Shown piece after piece: positions 32,043 to 41,900 of a stretch of DNA of 64,000 nucleotides (its first letter is position 1; the number at the start of each line of letters is the position of its first letter). The stretch comes from Candidatus Omnitrophota bacterium. Its GTDB lineage: Bacteria > Omnitrophota > Gorgyraeia > Gorgyraeales > Gorgyraeaceae. The position numbers and the translations under genes were made by a program. The notes below the pieces were generated by a model that was not told the origin of the DNA, ran no database searches, and saw nothing but the letters and a program-made list of their open reading frames with translations. The DNA is taken from contig JAUSEX010000037.1 of assembly GCA_030649895.1 (NCBI GenBank), forward strand, positions 3,815 to 67,814, read 5' to 3'.

Positions 32043-33179
32043 ATGCATAGTCCTAGGCCTATTCTAAAGTTTATCTCTATTCTTATTGTTTTTATCTTTA
32101 ACTTTGAAAGTGTGGGACATTGCTTGCGGGTGCCGATGGTAATTAATGAAGATAGGTTTAGAAAAGCTGAAAGCGATGTTGCGGGGAAAACAATAAAAAT
32201 AAAATATCAAAGCATTAATGATGTTGTCTTGCAAGAGGTTAAAGAAGGCGAAGCAGGCTTTGAATTAGCAATGCAAGTTAGATATCATGCATATGATTCA
32301 ATGGGGAAAGTTGAAAATGATTTACGAGAACAGTTAATTAGAAATAACTGGTGGCTTAAAGCTATGTGGACACAAAAAGGATTGCCAAAGGAGCAGATTT
32401 CTATAACTATAAATGGACATATAATTGATGCTTACAATTGGAATAATGAAAGATTATCAGAAGAACAAATATCTCAGATAAGAGATGTCTTAAGTAAGTT
32501 TGCAATAATTGCAGGCGGGATTGCTTTGAAAAGAGTTCGCTATATTCTTATTGATAATCTAAGGGAGATAAATCCAAAATCTAGAGAAGAAATAAATGGT
32601 CGTGGAACGGGTCATGATCAGGTGATTTGGCTATATTTAAGAGCCATTCGTCCTATTTCTCACCGCGTGGAAGGAGCTACGAATCTTGAAGGAACATTGA
32701 TTCATGAACTGTCTCACAGTCTTACGTATATTATAGAGATTGATTGGGCAAAAAAATTTGGATGGAGACGCTTAGGAAGCCCTAATAAAATATTTCTAGA
32801 TGGCTCATATAGTATGTGGCAATTAGAAATTCCTGCACGCGCTGTAACTACGTATGCTGGAGAGTTTGATCCAGGGGAAGATATTTGTGAGAGCATGGTA
32901 GCTGCTCTGAAAAATCCAGAAATCTTAGACAGGGAACGCCTTGATTTTTTAAGAGGAAGTTTTTTGCAACCTTTAGATGAAAGAGATAACGAAATTCATA
33001 TTTCTGTAGAAAGATTTTATAAAAATAATATAGTATTACCTGCTGTTGCATCGCCGGTTAGATTTAAGAGGCATATATTAGAGCTTGAAGAAATTCCTGT
33101 TGAGTACCAGGTTGATGAGGAGTCCCTAGCTAGTTGGTTCCCATCTTTTCAGCCAAGAGTTATTGACAACGCTATTTAA
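32043..33179 (+). CDS. Leader-bearing zincin metallopeptidase-like cargo protein
   Basis: ATG at 32043 is more likely than TTG 31986. Hydrophobic N-terminus then CLRVP; HELSH plus downstream EDICES; ends VIDNAI*. Confidence 0.8.
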   Translation: MHSPRPILKFISILIVFIFNFESVGHCLRVPMVINEDRFRKAESDVAGKTIKIKYQSINDVVLQEVKEGEAGFELAMQVRYHAYDSMGKVENDLREQLIRNNWWLKAMWTQKGLPKEQISITINGHIIDAYNWNNERLSEEQISQIRDVLSKFAIIAGGIALKRVRYILIDNLREINPKSREEINGRGTGHDQVIWLYLRAIRPISHRVEGATNLEGTLIHELSHSLTYIIEIDWAKKFGWRRLGSPNKIFLDGSYSMWQLEIPARAVTTYAGEFDPGEDICESMVAALKNPEILDRERLDFLRGSFLQPLDERDNEIHISVERFYKNNIVLPAVASPVRFKRHILELEEIPVEYQVDEESLASWFPSFQPRVIDNAI

Positions 33180-33190
33180 ATCTATGAGAC

Positions 33191-33220
33191 GGGGGACGTC
33201 CTATAAAGGGACACCCTATA
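33191..33220 (+). repeat. RAYT-associated junction repeat, copy 2 (left of RAYT)
   Basis: gggggacgtcctataaagggacaccctata. Confidence 0.85.
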
Positions 33221-33305
33221 GTTAAAAAATAATTAATTTATTTGAAAGAATTCACCCTATTTATGTGTCTATATAGTAGATACATAAAAAAAGGAGGGTG
33301 GATTT

Positions 33306-33896
33306 ATGCCAAGGGCAAAAAGGCTTGTAAGCGATGATACAGTGTTTCATATTGTACAAAGAGGCAATAATAAACAAACTATTTTTAAGGAAGATGAAGA
33401 TTTTGAAAGATTCCTATCCATAATAAGAAAATATCTATCTAAGTTTAAGGTAGAAATTTACCATTATTGCCTTATGAGAAACCATATACACATTCTATTG
33501 AAGATATTTAAAAAAGAAACATTAGCAAAGATTATGCAGGGGATTTTTCAGTCCTATAGGTTTTACTATAAGCGTAAATATGGCTATATAGGCTATCTAT
33601 ATCAAGGTAGATACAAAAGCGAATTAATCCAAGATGATAGCTATTTATCAGAGTGTGGCCGTTACATAGAAAGAAACCCTGTAAGGGCTGGTATAGTAAA
33701 AAAACCTTATGAATATAGATGGTCAAGTTGTAAGCATTATACATCTGGCCAAAAGGATGATATGGTTACAGAAAACCCACTTTATGAAAGCTTTGGTAAG
33801 ACTATAGAGGCTAGGCGCTATAGTTACGAAGAATATGTTTCTACGGCAAGGCCGTATGAGGAAATGATTGACAGGCAATTTGGGATTTATATATAG
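33306..33896 (+). mobile_element. REP-associated tyrosine transposase (RAYT, IS200/Y1 HUH family)
   Basis: MPR start, FHIVQRGNNK..IF, YCLMRNHIH (HUH), QGRYKS, YIERNPVRAG, YRWSS; aggagg RBS; flanked by inverted repeats. Confidence 0.93.
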
Positions 33897-33897
33897 C

Positions 33898-33922
33898 AGG
33901 GTGTCCCTGAATAGGACGTCCC
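33898..33922 (-). repeat. RAYT-associated junction repeat, copy 3 (right of RAYT, inverted), followed by three cggatgtcg units to ~33950
   Basis: Reverse complement gggacgtcctattcagggacaccct. Confidence 0.9.
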
Positions 33923-33964
33923 GGATGTCGCGCGGATGTCGCGGATGTCGGATTAACAAAAAGT

Positions 33965-35863
33965 ATGTTAAATTTAAAAAAAACTTTAAGCATAAAAATA
34001 ACATCATTAATTGTAGTTTTAACATTATTTGTTACGAGCTTAGCGTATTGTATAGAGCTGCCTGAAAGAAGTTATCTTAGGGTTCCTCTTTTAGGTAATT
34101 CAGATGAAGGAAGAGATAGATTAGCGAGAATAGGGACGTCTTATTCAGGGACAAATCCCGGCCAAAATATTTTTATTGGCGAAGAAAAGAAAACATTTTT
34201 AAATGTTTTAGGAGGGGCAGGAAAATCAGCTGTAATATTGCTTGCGGGTATTACTCTGCTGATTCTTCCAGCGTTAGCTGCTTGCGTACCAGAATCCAAG
34301 CCGGCGGTATCAGCGCCAACTGCTCAACTAACAGCTCAAGCAATTATTCAGCCGACTCAGACACCGAGGGCAACAGGGGCGCCATTGACTCCTACTCAGG
34401 CGGCGACTGTGAACAATCAAATAGCGATAGTAAATTGGATTAACGCTAATGTAGCTACGAATACAGGGTTACCTTTGAGTTTTAGAGTGCCTAAGAATTT
34501 TGATTGGAATAAAACGTTAGACGCGGATCATCGAATTATATTAAAGGAAGGATTGGTGCTTTATGACGCCGGGCTTGCCATGATAGTCTGGGCGAATACT
34601 AAGAATATTGCGCAAACAGATAGATTAATTAATGTTCTATGGAAAGATTCTTTAGGAGAGTTTAAAACTTTGCGGGCGTATTATGATCCTGCTGATATTC
34701 CAGGGCACCCATTTATCTACAGGGACCCTCGAGGTAATGATATCAGTCCTTTTGAACCAGGTAAGCGTGGGTATATATTCAAGATAATTAATGCAGAAGG
34801 CCATTATAGGATTACTGATCCGCTTACCGGCAAGCAGGTAACTTGGCAGCAATGGCAGCCTATTAGCGGTGAGAATAGCTGGTTTGCTAATATAGGAACG
34901 ATGCATACGTATTATAGCAAATACGGCTTAACATATAATCCTAATTCATTGGAGCTTAAATTAGCGGAAGAGGTTGCGCGGGCAGCGCTTTTATTGCAGG
35001 CTGATGATATTGGCGGCATACGCATGGCGCCTATTGGCACCTCGTCAGAAGGTGAAACCGGTAAAGACCCTCTTAAATTTAGGTTATTTTATGATGAAAT
35101 TTCCACAGAGAATAATCTTTCGGGTTATGCAGGATTGCGGATGCTTGCGCAAGTTACCGGAAAAGCAGAATATAAAAAGGCTATGTCAGGCATTGAAGCG
35201 TATTTTAAATGGGCATATGTGCCTGAGCTTGGTATTTTTGCTCAGGGCGCTCATTTTTATCCGGATAAAGGCTGGGTAAAAAATACCCTATTTGCTACGG
35301 ATGTCCAGACATGGGCAATTGATGCATTGGGACCTGATGTTATAGATGCTTGGTTTGGAGAAGGGACTGCTTACAGGATGTGGCAAAAAACAAAAGAATT
35401 AGCGGGCGTCCGCGATAGCAGCGGCAGGCTTATTGGCCTTGATTTTGCTGATTATCGCGCGATCGGGCGCCAACCTTTGAATAGCGGAGAATGGACAGGA
35501 GGGGGGATTACTGGCGTACTGGAGGCAGCAAAATTTTACGCCGTGTCTCATCCTGATTGGGCAGATGAGTTACAAAAAGATGCAGAAGCTATGCGCCTAG
35601 GCATGGAGAGCTTAAGGCTGTCAGAAGGAGACAAAACAGGGTATTCCTATTTTTCATGCGTGGTAACGCCTCGTGAATGTCCTGCAAATTACGGCTGGTA
35701 TTCTCCGCCGGAGGTGGGAAGTTTGGCGTCCACTGCATGGGCGTATTTTGTGGATACAGGATTTAATCCTTTTTTCTTTGGTGGAAAATCACCCGTGGAT
35801 CAAAAGAAGAAAACCAGCATGGCTGCGCCATTTCGCGTTACTGATATCCGAGGCGCTATTTAG
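33965..35863 (+). CDS. Leader-bearing cargo: internal lipobox plus putative (alpha/alpha)6 six-hairpin glycosidase-like domain
   Basis: Leader ...SYLRVPLLGNS; second hydrophobic stretch ending LAAC; P/T/A linker; LYDAGLA, STENNLS, ATDVQTW, GEWTGG, ASTAW...GFNPF; ends IRGAI*. Confidence 0.7.
   Translation: MLNLKKTLSIKITSLIVVLTLFVTSLAYCIELPERSYLRVPLLGNSDEGRDRLARIGTSYSGTNPGQNIFIGEEKKTFLNVLGGAGKSAVILLAGITLLILPALAACVPESKPAVSAPTAQLTAQAIIQPTQTPRATGAPLTPTQAATVNNQIAIVNWINANVATNTGLPLSFRVPKNFDWNKTLDADHRIILKEGLVLYDAGLAMIVWANTKNIAQTDRLINVLWKDSLGEFKTLRAYYDPADIPGHPFIYRDPRGNDISPFEPGKRGYIFKIINAEGHYRITDPLTGKQVTWQQWQPISGENSWFANIGTMHTYYSKYGLTYNPNSLELKLAEEVARAALLLQADDIGGIRMAPIGTSSEGETGKDPLKFRLFYDEISTENNLSGYAGLRMLAQVTGKAEYKKAMSGIEAYFKWAYVPELGIFAQGAHFYPDKGWVKNTLFATDVQTWAIDALGPDVIDAWFGEGTAYRMWQKTKELAGVRDSSGRLIGLDFADYRAIGRQPLNSGEWTGGGITGVLEAAKFYAVSHPDWADELQKDAEAMRLGMESLRLSEGDKTGYSYFSCVVTPRECPANYGWYSPPEVGSLASTAWAYFVDTGFNPFFFGGKSPVDQKKKTSMAAPFRVTDIRGAI
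33992..34126 (+). repeat. 135-bp leader-coding sequence duplicated at 35896-36030
   Basis: Near-identical DNA from ataaaaataacatcatta to ttagcg. Confidence 0.95.
34131..34159 (+). repeat. RAYT-associated junction repeat, copy 4 (in frame, at the leader/cargo junction)
   Basis: tagggacgtcttattcagggacaaatccc, encoding GTSYSGTN. Confidence 0.8.
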
Positions 35864-35867
35864 AGTT

Positions 35868-35886
35868 AGAATAAGGGCGTTTTATT
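35868..35886 (+). repeat. Degenerate half-copy of the junction repeat
   Basis: agaataagggcgttttatt matches agaatagggacgtcttatt (34127-34145) at 16/19 positions and directly precedes the ATG at 35887. Confidence 0.5.
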
Positions 35887-38800
35887 ATGTTAACTATAAA
35901 AATAACATCATTAATTGTAGTTTTAACATTATTTGTTACAAGCTTAGCGTATTGTATAGAGCTGCCTGAAAGAAGTTATCTCAGGACCCCTCTTTTAGGG
36001 AATTCAGATAAAGGGAGAGTCAGGTTAGCGGATGGATTGGGGCTAATGCCTTTGAACAGCAGGGTTATTGTGGGCATGCATGAAGGCGAATTGAATCTTT
36101 ATATCGAGGGCGTTGTCTCTGAGCAGGTAAAGCAGGATTTAAGAACTCTCTTGAATGCAAATCCGTATATTATAACGTATTCAATTAAAAGCATCTTTGA
36201 TGCCGACTCATTGGAATTCGAACCCTCTGAAATAACGGGTTTAAAATTAAAGAAGATCGGAGAAGGTATATATAAACGGGTTTTTTTGATAGAGGGAATC
36301 ATAACTCGCGACGGCCGTATTTTTCATAATTATCCTTTTGTCATGAAGATAACCAAGGGAGTGGATTTTGGCGATGTCCATTTGACAGAGGCGCATATAG
36401 GAGAAACTGCAAAGGCTGCGAATGAGTTAGCGCATAGCGATCCGCCGCTTCATCCAAGATTAGGAGGAGATTGGTTTTTTAATTTTGAGAATAGGAAATT
36501 TTGGGTCTTAACCGAAGGGTATGTCAGAGGCGTCAATTCAAAGATAAAAAGCGAAAGAATCGTAGAGGATGCTATATTGGGCAATGGTGATCCTGCTGCA
36601 AGAGATAAAATATTTTTAGAAACCGAAGAGAACGCTTTTTATGCGTATATTAAGGCGTGGAAGATATGGCGGGGACAGGAGCCGGTTGATACTGAAACGC
36701 TTTCTAGATTTATTGCTGACCCAAATCTGGAAAATATCGTAGATAAAATGCTGGTAGATCTGGATCTTTTATCCAGCAGCGCTAATGCCGGCTATCTCGT
36801 AAAAATTCTCTCGGAATGGTCAGACCTGGCTGACCGAGATAAAGGCCGTGTTATCTCGCGGGCTGCTCTCCGGGCCATTGGCAGAGAAGAAGGTATGAAG
36901 TTTTTAGCCGCAGCGAAGGATCAGATCGAAAATGGCATAAGCTATAAATATATCGCAAAGGCAATAGGTAATTTTTTGGAAGAGCAGTCTAAAGCGTTTT
37001 TGGCTTATTTTTATATTTTTAACGGCGAATTTAAAAAATTTATCAGGGTAAACCCAGTAATATTTAGAGGCATAGTAATGGATTTACAAAAAAATGAGCC
37101 GCTGAGAAAAGAACAGGAGGAAGGGATTGAAAAATTTTCCAAAGCTATGGATGAAATTTTTGAGCTAAGGGAGCTATATCTCATGGAAGAAGAGTATCCT
37201 AGCATTTGCGATTCTTATGCCGCAAGAGTAACGCAGATATTAAGGGATCATGGCATTGACGCGTCGCATGAAGTTTGTCGATGGCCAGAGCTGCAGATTC
37301 TCATGAGAGCCCCAAGCTATAATCCCGAGCATTATTTTGTTTTATCAAGAATCGCAGGATATGAATTTATCATTGATATTACAGCTGATCAGTTTGAAGT
37401 AAAAGATCTGTATGGAAATCCGCAGCAGTTAGGGTTGGTAGTGATACCCCTGGAAGTCGTCAGAAATAATCCGGATAAATTCTGGATGTACAATGGAAGA
37501 TTGTCTGCTTCTTTTGTTAATGTGCCGCTGGAGGAAAGATTGGATGCAGTTGAGATGCTATCCAGCGTGTTAAGGATATATGATGATGCAAAAAAAAGAA
37601 GCCTATCTTTAATCTTATGGCCTCAAACAGGAGAAAGCGTTTGGACGCGAGATCAGGCCAGGGTTAGAGTAGAAACGTTGCTGTTAGATATGAACGGTGA
37701 GGATGTAAACATAGCGAGGCGAGCGAGACATGAATTGGCGGCATCGAGGCAAAGAGCTGTTGAACCGTTATTAGATATTTTGAAAGAAACGGATGACTGG
37801 GAGCTAATGGAGAAGATTTATAAGGCTTTATTGATCGCCTGTGATCTTGTCAGCATCAGAAAGCTTCAGGATTTATATTTTAAACTGGAAGACGAATGGA
37901 AAAAAAATTGGATTCGTATCGCTTTAGAAAAGTTGATGCAATTAGATAGTTTTATTATGACCTATTCGCCAAAAGAAGGTAATGCGATCGAAAAAACTAC
38001 TTTTAAGAATAGGCTTGAAAAAGCGGAAGAATATATTTTAGGTTTAATCAGGGCTGACCCCGGAAGGATTAAGGTGATATTGGACTGCTGCGCTTCAGAT
38101 AGCAGCACTACCCTGGATATCGCAAAAAAAACCCATGGCGAAGATGAGGGCATAAAGATTATTGGAATGGATATCAATGAGATTCTTTATGTGGTCAGTG
38201 ACGCAGGAGGCAATGTGGCTGTATTTGATTCGCTGGATAACCTGGTTAGGTTAGATACGAAAGATGGATATTGGATAAGAAATTCCGAGGGTTGGGTTAA
38301 AGACGGCTATCATTTAGTTGAAGACGGGCCGGATAAAGAGGCTGTATCCTTATATGGAAGATTAAAGGAAACCTTACAGGCGCATCTGAGAAGAAAAATT
38401 GATATTTCAAAAAATGGCGTAGAACCTGATGCGTATAGCGATGGCCAGGGCAATAGAATAGAAGCTATATATCTTGTTAACCCTGAAGCTATAGAATGGG
38501 CAATGAGCCATAATTTAGAATTTATGCAGGGAGATTTTTTTAATTTAACAAATACCGTTGCGCAAAAAAGCGTAGATATAGCTATTGTCGGCAATGTTTT
38601 GGGGGAATATTATGAATATTATAGCCAAGATTCTACTTATGAGGCGCTAAAAGAAATAGGCCTTACGCTGAAAGAGGGCGGGAGGCTTATTATAGGAAAC
38701 AATCCTTCAAGAGTGATGACGGTAGATTTTCAGTTTCTTGTCTATGAACGCAAAGGCGATAATCTGGTATTAGTAGATATTGTTGGGCAGCCGCATATAT

Positions 38801-38895
38801 GGAAAGGTGAAGAAATAAAACAGATCGCTCTTAAATCGATTGAAAAAAGAGCGATTTCTATGCCTTTTTATTCTAATACCAGAGATCAGTTGTAG
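35887..38895 (+). CDS. Leader-bearing cargo: kinase-like + Cys-His-Asp papain/transglutaminase-like + HEAT-like + class I methyltransferase
   Basis: KKIGEGIYKRVF..VMK..DPNLEN..LVDLD; ICD...HYF...IIDITADQF; helical repeat; ILDCCASD...DIAIVGNVL...LKEGGRLII; ends TRDQL*. Confidence 0.75.
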   Translation: MLTIKITSLIVVLTLFVTSLAYCIELPERSYLRTPLLGNSDKGRVRLADGLGLMPLNSRVIVGMHEGELNLYIEGVVSEQVKQDLRTLLNANPYIITYSIKSIFDADSLEFEPSEITGLKLKKIGEGIYKRVFLIEGIITRDGRIFHNYPFVMKITKGVDFGDVHLTEAHIGETAKAANELAHSDPPLHPRLGGDWFFNFENRKFWVLTEGYVRGVNSKIKSERIVEDAILGNGDPAARDKIFLETEENAFYAYIKAWKIWRGQEPVDTETLSRFIADPNLENIVDKMLVDLDLLSSSANAGYLVKILSEWSDLADRDKGRVISRAALRAIGREEGMKFLAAAKDQIENGISYKYIAKAIGNFLEEQSKAFLAYFYIFNGEFKKFIRVNPVIFRGIVMDLQKNEPLRKEQEEGIEKFSKAMDEIFELRELYLMEEEYPSICDSYAARVTQILRDHGIDASHEVCRWPELQILMRAPSYNPEHYFVLSRIAGYEFIIDITADQFEVKDLYGNPQQLGLVVIPLEVVRNNPDKFWMYNGRLSASFVNVPLEERLDAVEMLSSVLRIYDDAKKRSLSLILWPQTGESVWTRDQARVRVETLLLDMNGEDVNIARRARHELAASRQRAVEPLLDILKETDDWELMEKIYKALLIACDLVSIRKLQDLYFKLEDEWKKNWIRIALEKLMQLDSFIMTYSPKEGNAIEKTTFKNRLEKAEEYILGLIRADPGRIKVILDCCASDSSTTLDIAKKTHGEDEGIKIIGMDINEILYVVSDAGGNVAVFDSLDNLVRLDTKDGYWIRNSEGWVKDGYHLVEDGPDKEAVSLYGRLKETLQAHLRRKIDISKNGVEPDAYSDGQGNRIEAIYLVNPEAIEWAMSHNLEFMQGDFFNLTNTVAQKSVDIAIVGNVLGEYYEYYSQDSTYEALKEIGLTLKEGGRLIIGNNPSRVMTVDFQFLVYERKGDNLVLVDIVGQPHIWKGEEIKQIALKSIEKRAISMPFYSNTRDQL

Positions 38896-38896
38896 A

Positions 38897-38957
38897 GAGT
38901 TGTAGGGGGACGTTCTATTTGGAGTTGTAGGGGGACGTTCTATTTGGGGACACCCTA
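38897..38957 (+). repeat. RAYT-associated junction repeat, copy 5, with a 25-bp tandem duplication
   Basis: gagttgtagggggacgttctatttg at 38897 and 38922; full unit tagggggacgttctatttggggacacccta at 38928-38957. Confidence 0.9.
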
Positions 38958-38973
38958 TACAAAGACAGGCTTT

Positions 38974-41900
38974 ATGTTGAATATTAAAAAAATATTATTA
39001 ATCAGGGTAATAAGCTTATTACTTTCAATAAGCGTCGCGCTTCCAGACGCTGCCTATTCTCTATCTGAAAGCCTAAGAGTTCCATTAAATACCCCGGAAC
39101 TTAAAGAGCGGCAGGAAGAAGTTCAACGATTTCTAACGCAGGACAAGGCAACTTCCACGCTTTTATCTCCTACGGTTTTAGTTACTGGTGGAGCAGGGTA
39201 TATTGGAAATTTTGTTGTCAGGCAGCTTCGCAGCAAAGGTTACAATGTGATTATTTATGACAGGGCTACTCGCCCGGAACTTGCATTGGAAAAGCTTAAA
39301 TATATACAAGGGGACTTGGGTGATCGCAAGCGTTTGGATGAAGTTTTTAAGGCGGAGCATGTTAATGCAGTTATCCATTTGGCTGCTTTAATTCAAGTGC
39401 CGGAATCAGTCAGGCGGCCAGCGGCTTACTATGAAAATAACTTTATTAATACGCTCGCTCTTCTAGATACTATGGCAAAGCATAGGGTAAGAAGTATTGT
39501 GTTTTCATCATCTGCCGCAGTGTATGGCGAGGGCTCTGAAGAGCTGCTGACAGAACAAACCAATGTTAATCCGGCTAATCCTTATGGTGAAACAAAATGG
39601 CTTATGGAAGAAGCTATGCGGGCCTATGAAAAACGTTATGGTATTCATTCAGTGGCGTTACGCTATTTTAATGCAGCCGGGGCAGCAATGGATGGCTCGG
39701 TTGGCGAAGCCCATCAGCCTGAAACGCATATTATTCCGAGTTTATTGGAGAAGGCGGTTAAAAAAAGAGAGAAGCTGCCTATCCGCAGAGGTTATCCTAC
39801 GCCGGACGGTACAGCGATCCGGGACTTTGTCCATGTGGAAGATTTAGCGCGAGCACATACCCTTGCATTAGACTACATAGTTCGCGAACAGCATAGCGAT
39901 ATTTTTAATCTTGGTACCGGGTCTGGGACATCAGTGCGGGAGATAGTAGAAAGCATTGAAAGGCTGACCGGGGAAGATGTCCCAATAGAGCTTTCTGCTC
40001 CGCGATCAGGAGGCGTAGCGCGGCTTGTAGCTAGTTTTACAAAGGCGCAGGCGCGTTTGGGCTGGATGCCTATATTAGGTATTGAGCAGATTCTTGAGTC
40101 TGCATTGAAATGGCATAGCAACAGGCCTATCATGACTCAGCAGCAAGGCGAAAATATTTTTATGGGCAGCCATGGCGAAGCTCAGGCATTTGAGCGCGTA
40201 ATATCACAGCTTAGGTCTAATTTTGTAATTGGTGATTCATTGCGCGAAGAAGTCATGGTTCGTCTTGCAAAAAGGATGCAGGTATTACTTAAAGAAGCGG
40301 ATCAGGCTGACGCAGAAGAGATATTGCGCGTTATATTTGCAAGTAACACGTGGCTGGTTAGCAGAGAAAAGCGCATTGTCAATGACCAGGAGTTAATGGC
40401 GCTGCTTGCAAAAAGCCTGGCTATTTCGCTGCGGCGCGAAGACGCAAAAGAAATTGCAGAATTCCTTAACGCGCTTCTGAACCATTATCCTGAAAATTTA
40501 CTGCCTGAAGCTAAGCGATTAATTCATTCATATTTAGTTGTCTATAATATCGATAGGCCATTGAAGATAGCTACTGTTGTTTCCCGCTATGGAGGCCAGA
40601 TCAGAATATTAAGGCCGGAAAATCATCCTCTTGGGGAGAATAATCTGCGGTTGAAACTAGAGCAGCTGGAAGAGCTTTACGGTATAAATACTAATGTTTA
40701 CTGGGAGTTGATTTTAGTTCAGGATGGGGACGATAGGAAGCCTGAAGATCCACTCAGGCGCCTGCGCACTATTGATATGGATAGGGATATTGTATTGGTT
40801 GAGCATCCTGATTACTTTGCTTCAGGAAGAGTGAGGCTTTATGAGCTGGATCAACAAGAGAAGCTGCGTTTAGGCAGCGTGCGTACCGGGGCTACTACTT
40901 ATGGCGCCCGCCAAGCCATAAGAAATGGCGCTGATTTTGTAGTTATTACAGATGGCGATGTATCAGCCCATATTGGACAGGAAGGACTTTTGCTTGAGCC
41001 TCAATTGAAAGGTGAAAAAATAGTTGCTGTTGGGTCACGCAGCGCTAGCGGTTCAATAGTGCGCGGCCGCAAACTTATCCGTCGTATTATAAGCCCGGGG
41101 TTTAATATTTTTTCCCGCTTGTTTTTGTCTTTGGGGCCTATCCGTGATACTCAATGTGGTTTTAAAGCTTACAGCCGTCAAGTGTTAGAAGATATTTTAC
41201 CTGTAAATAAGGATAATAGATTTGATATCGAATTTGCCTATAATTTTTCTGGCGAAGTAAATCTCCTTTGGAGGGCCAGGCTTTCCGGATATCAATTAAA
41301 AGAAATACCTATTGCCTGGTTTGATACTCCTACAACTACAGTAAAGCGCAGCGATATTATAAATATGGCCAAAGGCGTTTTAAGGCAAAGAGCTTATTTG
41401 GACAAATGGAAAAAAAGAACACCATCTGGCCAGGAGACAGAGACTATTTCTCTTCCAGGCAGCACAAAGGCGTGGGACCTTCAGTATAGAATAATGCCTA
41501 TAGAAGAAAAAATCAAAGTAGCCATGTCTAAATATGATTTAGGCGTTGCTTCTTTTGAAGATATCCGTTACGAAGAACTAAGGGGTGGAGTTCCTAACAG
41601 GCTTCCATTGAGACTGGAAACTCCTTTGGGAAATTTTGCCTTAAAACAGATTGCGCTTACATTGGAAGAGGCAAGATTTTGCGTTTCAGTGCTTCGCAGG
41701 CTTCAAAAAGAAAAGTTGCCTATCCCGGCATTAGTAAAGACTAAAGATTTTCCTGACGAGAAAACAGACAGCTATTTTATAAAAATAGGCACTTATTTTT
41801 ATATCTTGGAAGAATTTAAGGAGGGCCGATATGTTGATCGCTTACAGGCTGAGCCAGCCCATTTTTATAGCATAGGAAAGATAATGGCGGATATCCATCA

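Noticed and set aside
33868-35969. Two small ORFs (33868..34065, 35673..35969) with near-identical C-termini
   Set aside because: They are alternate-frame readings of the duplicated leader DNA.
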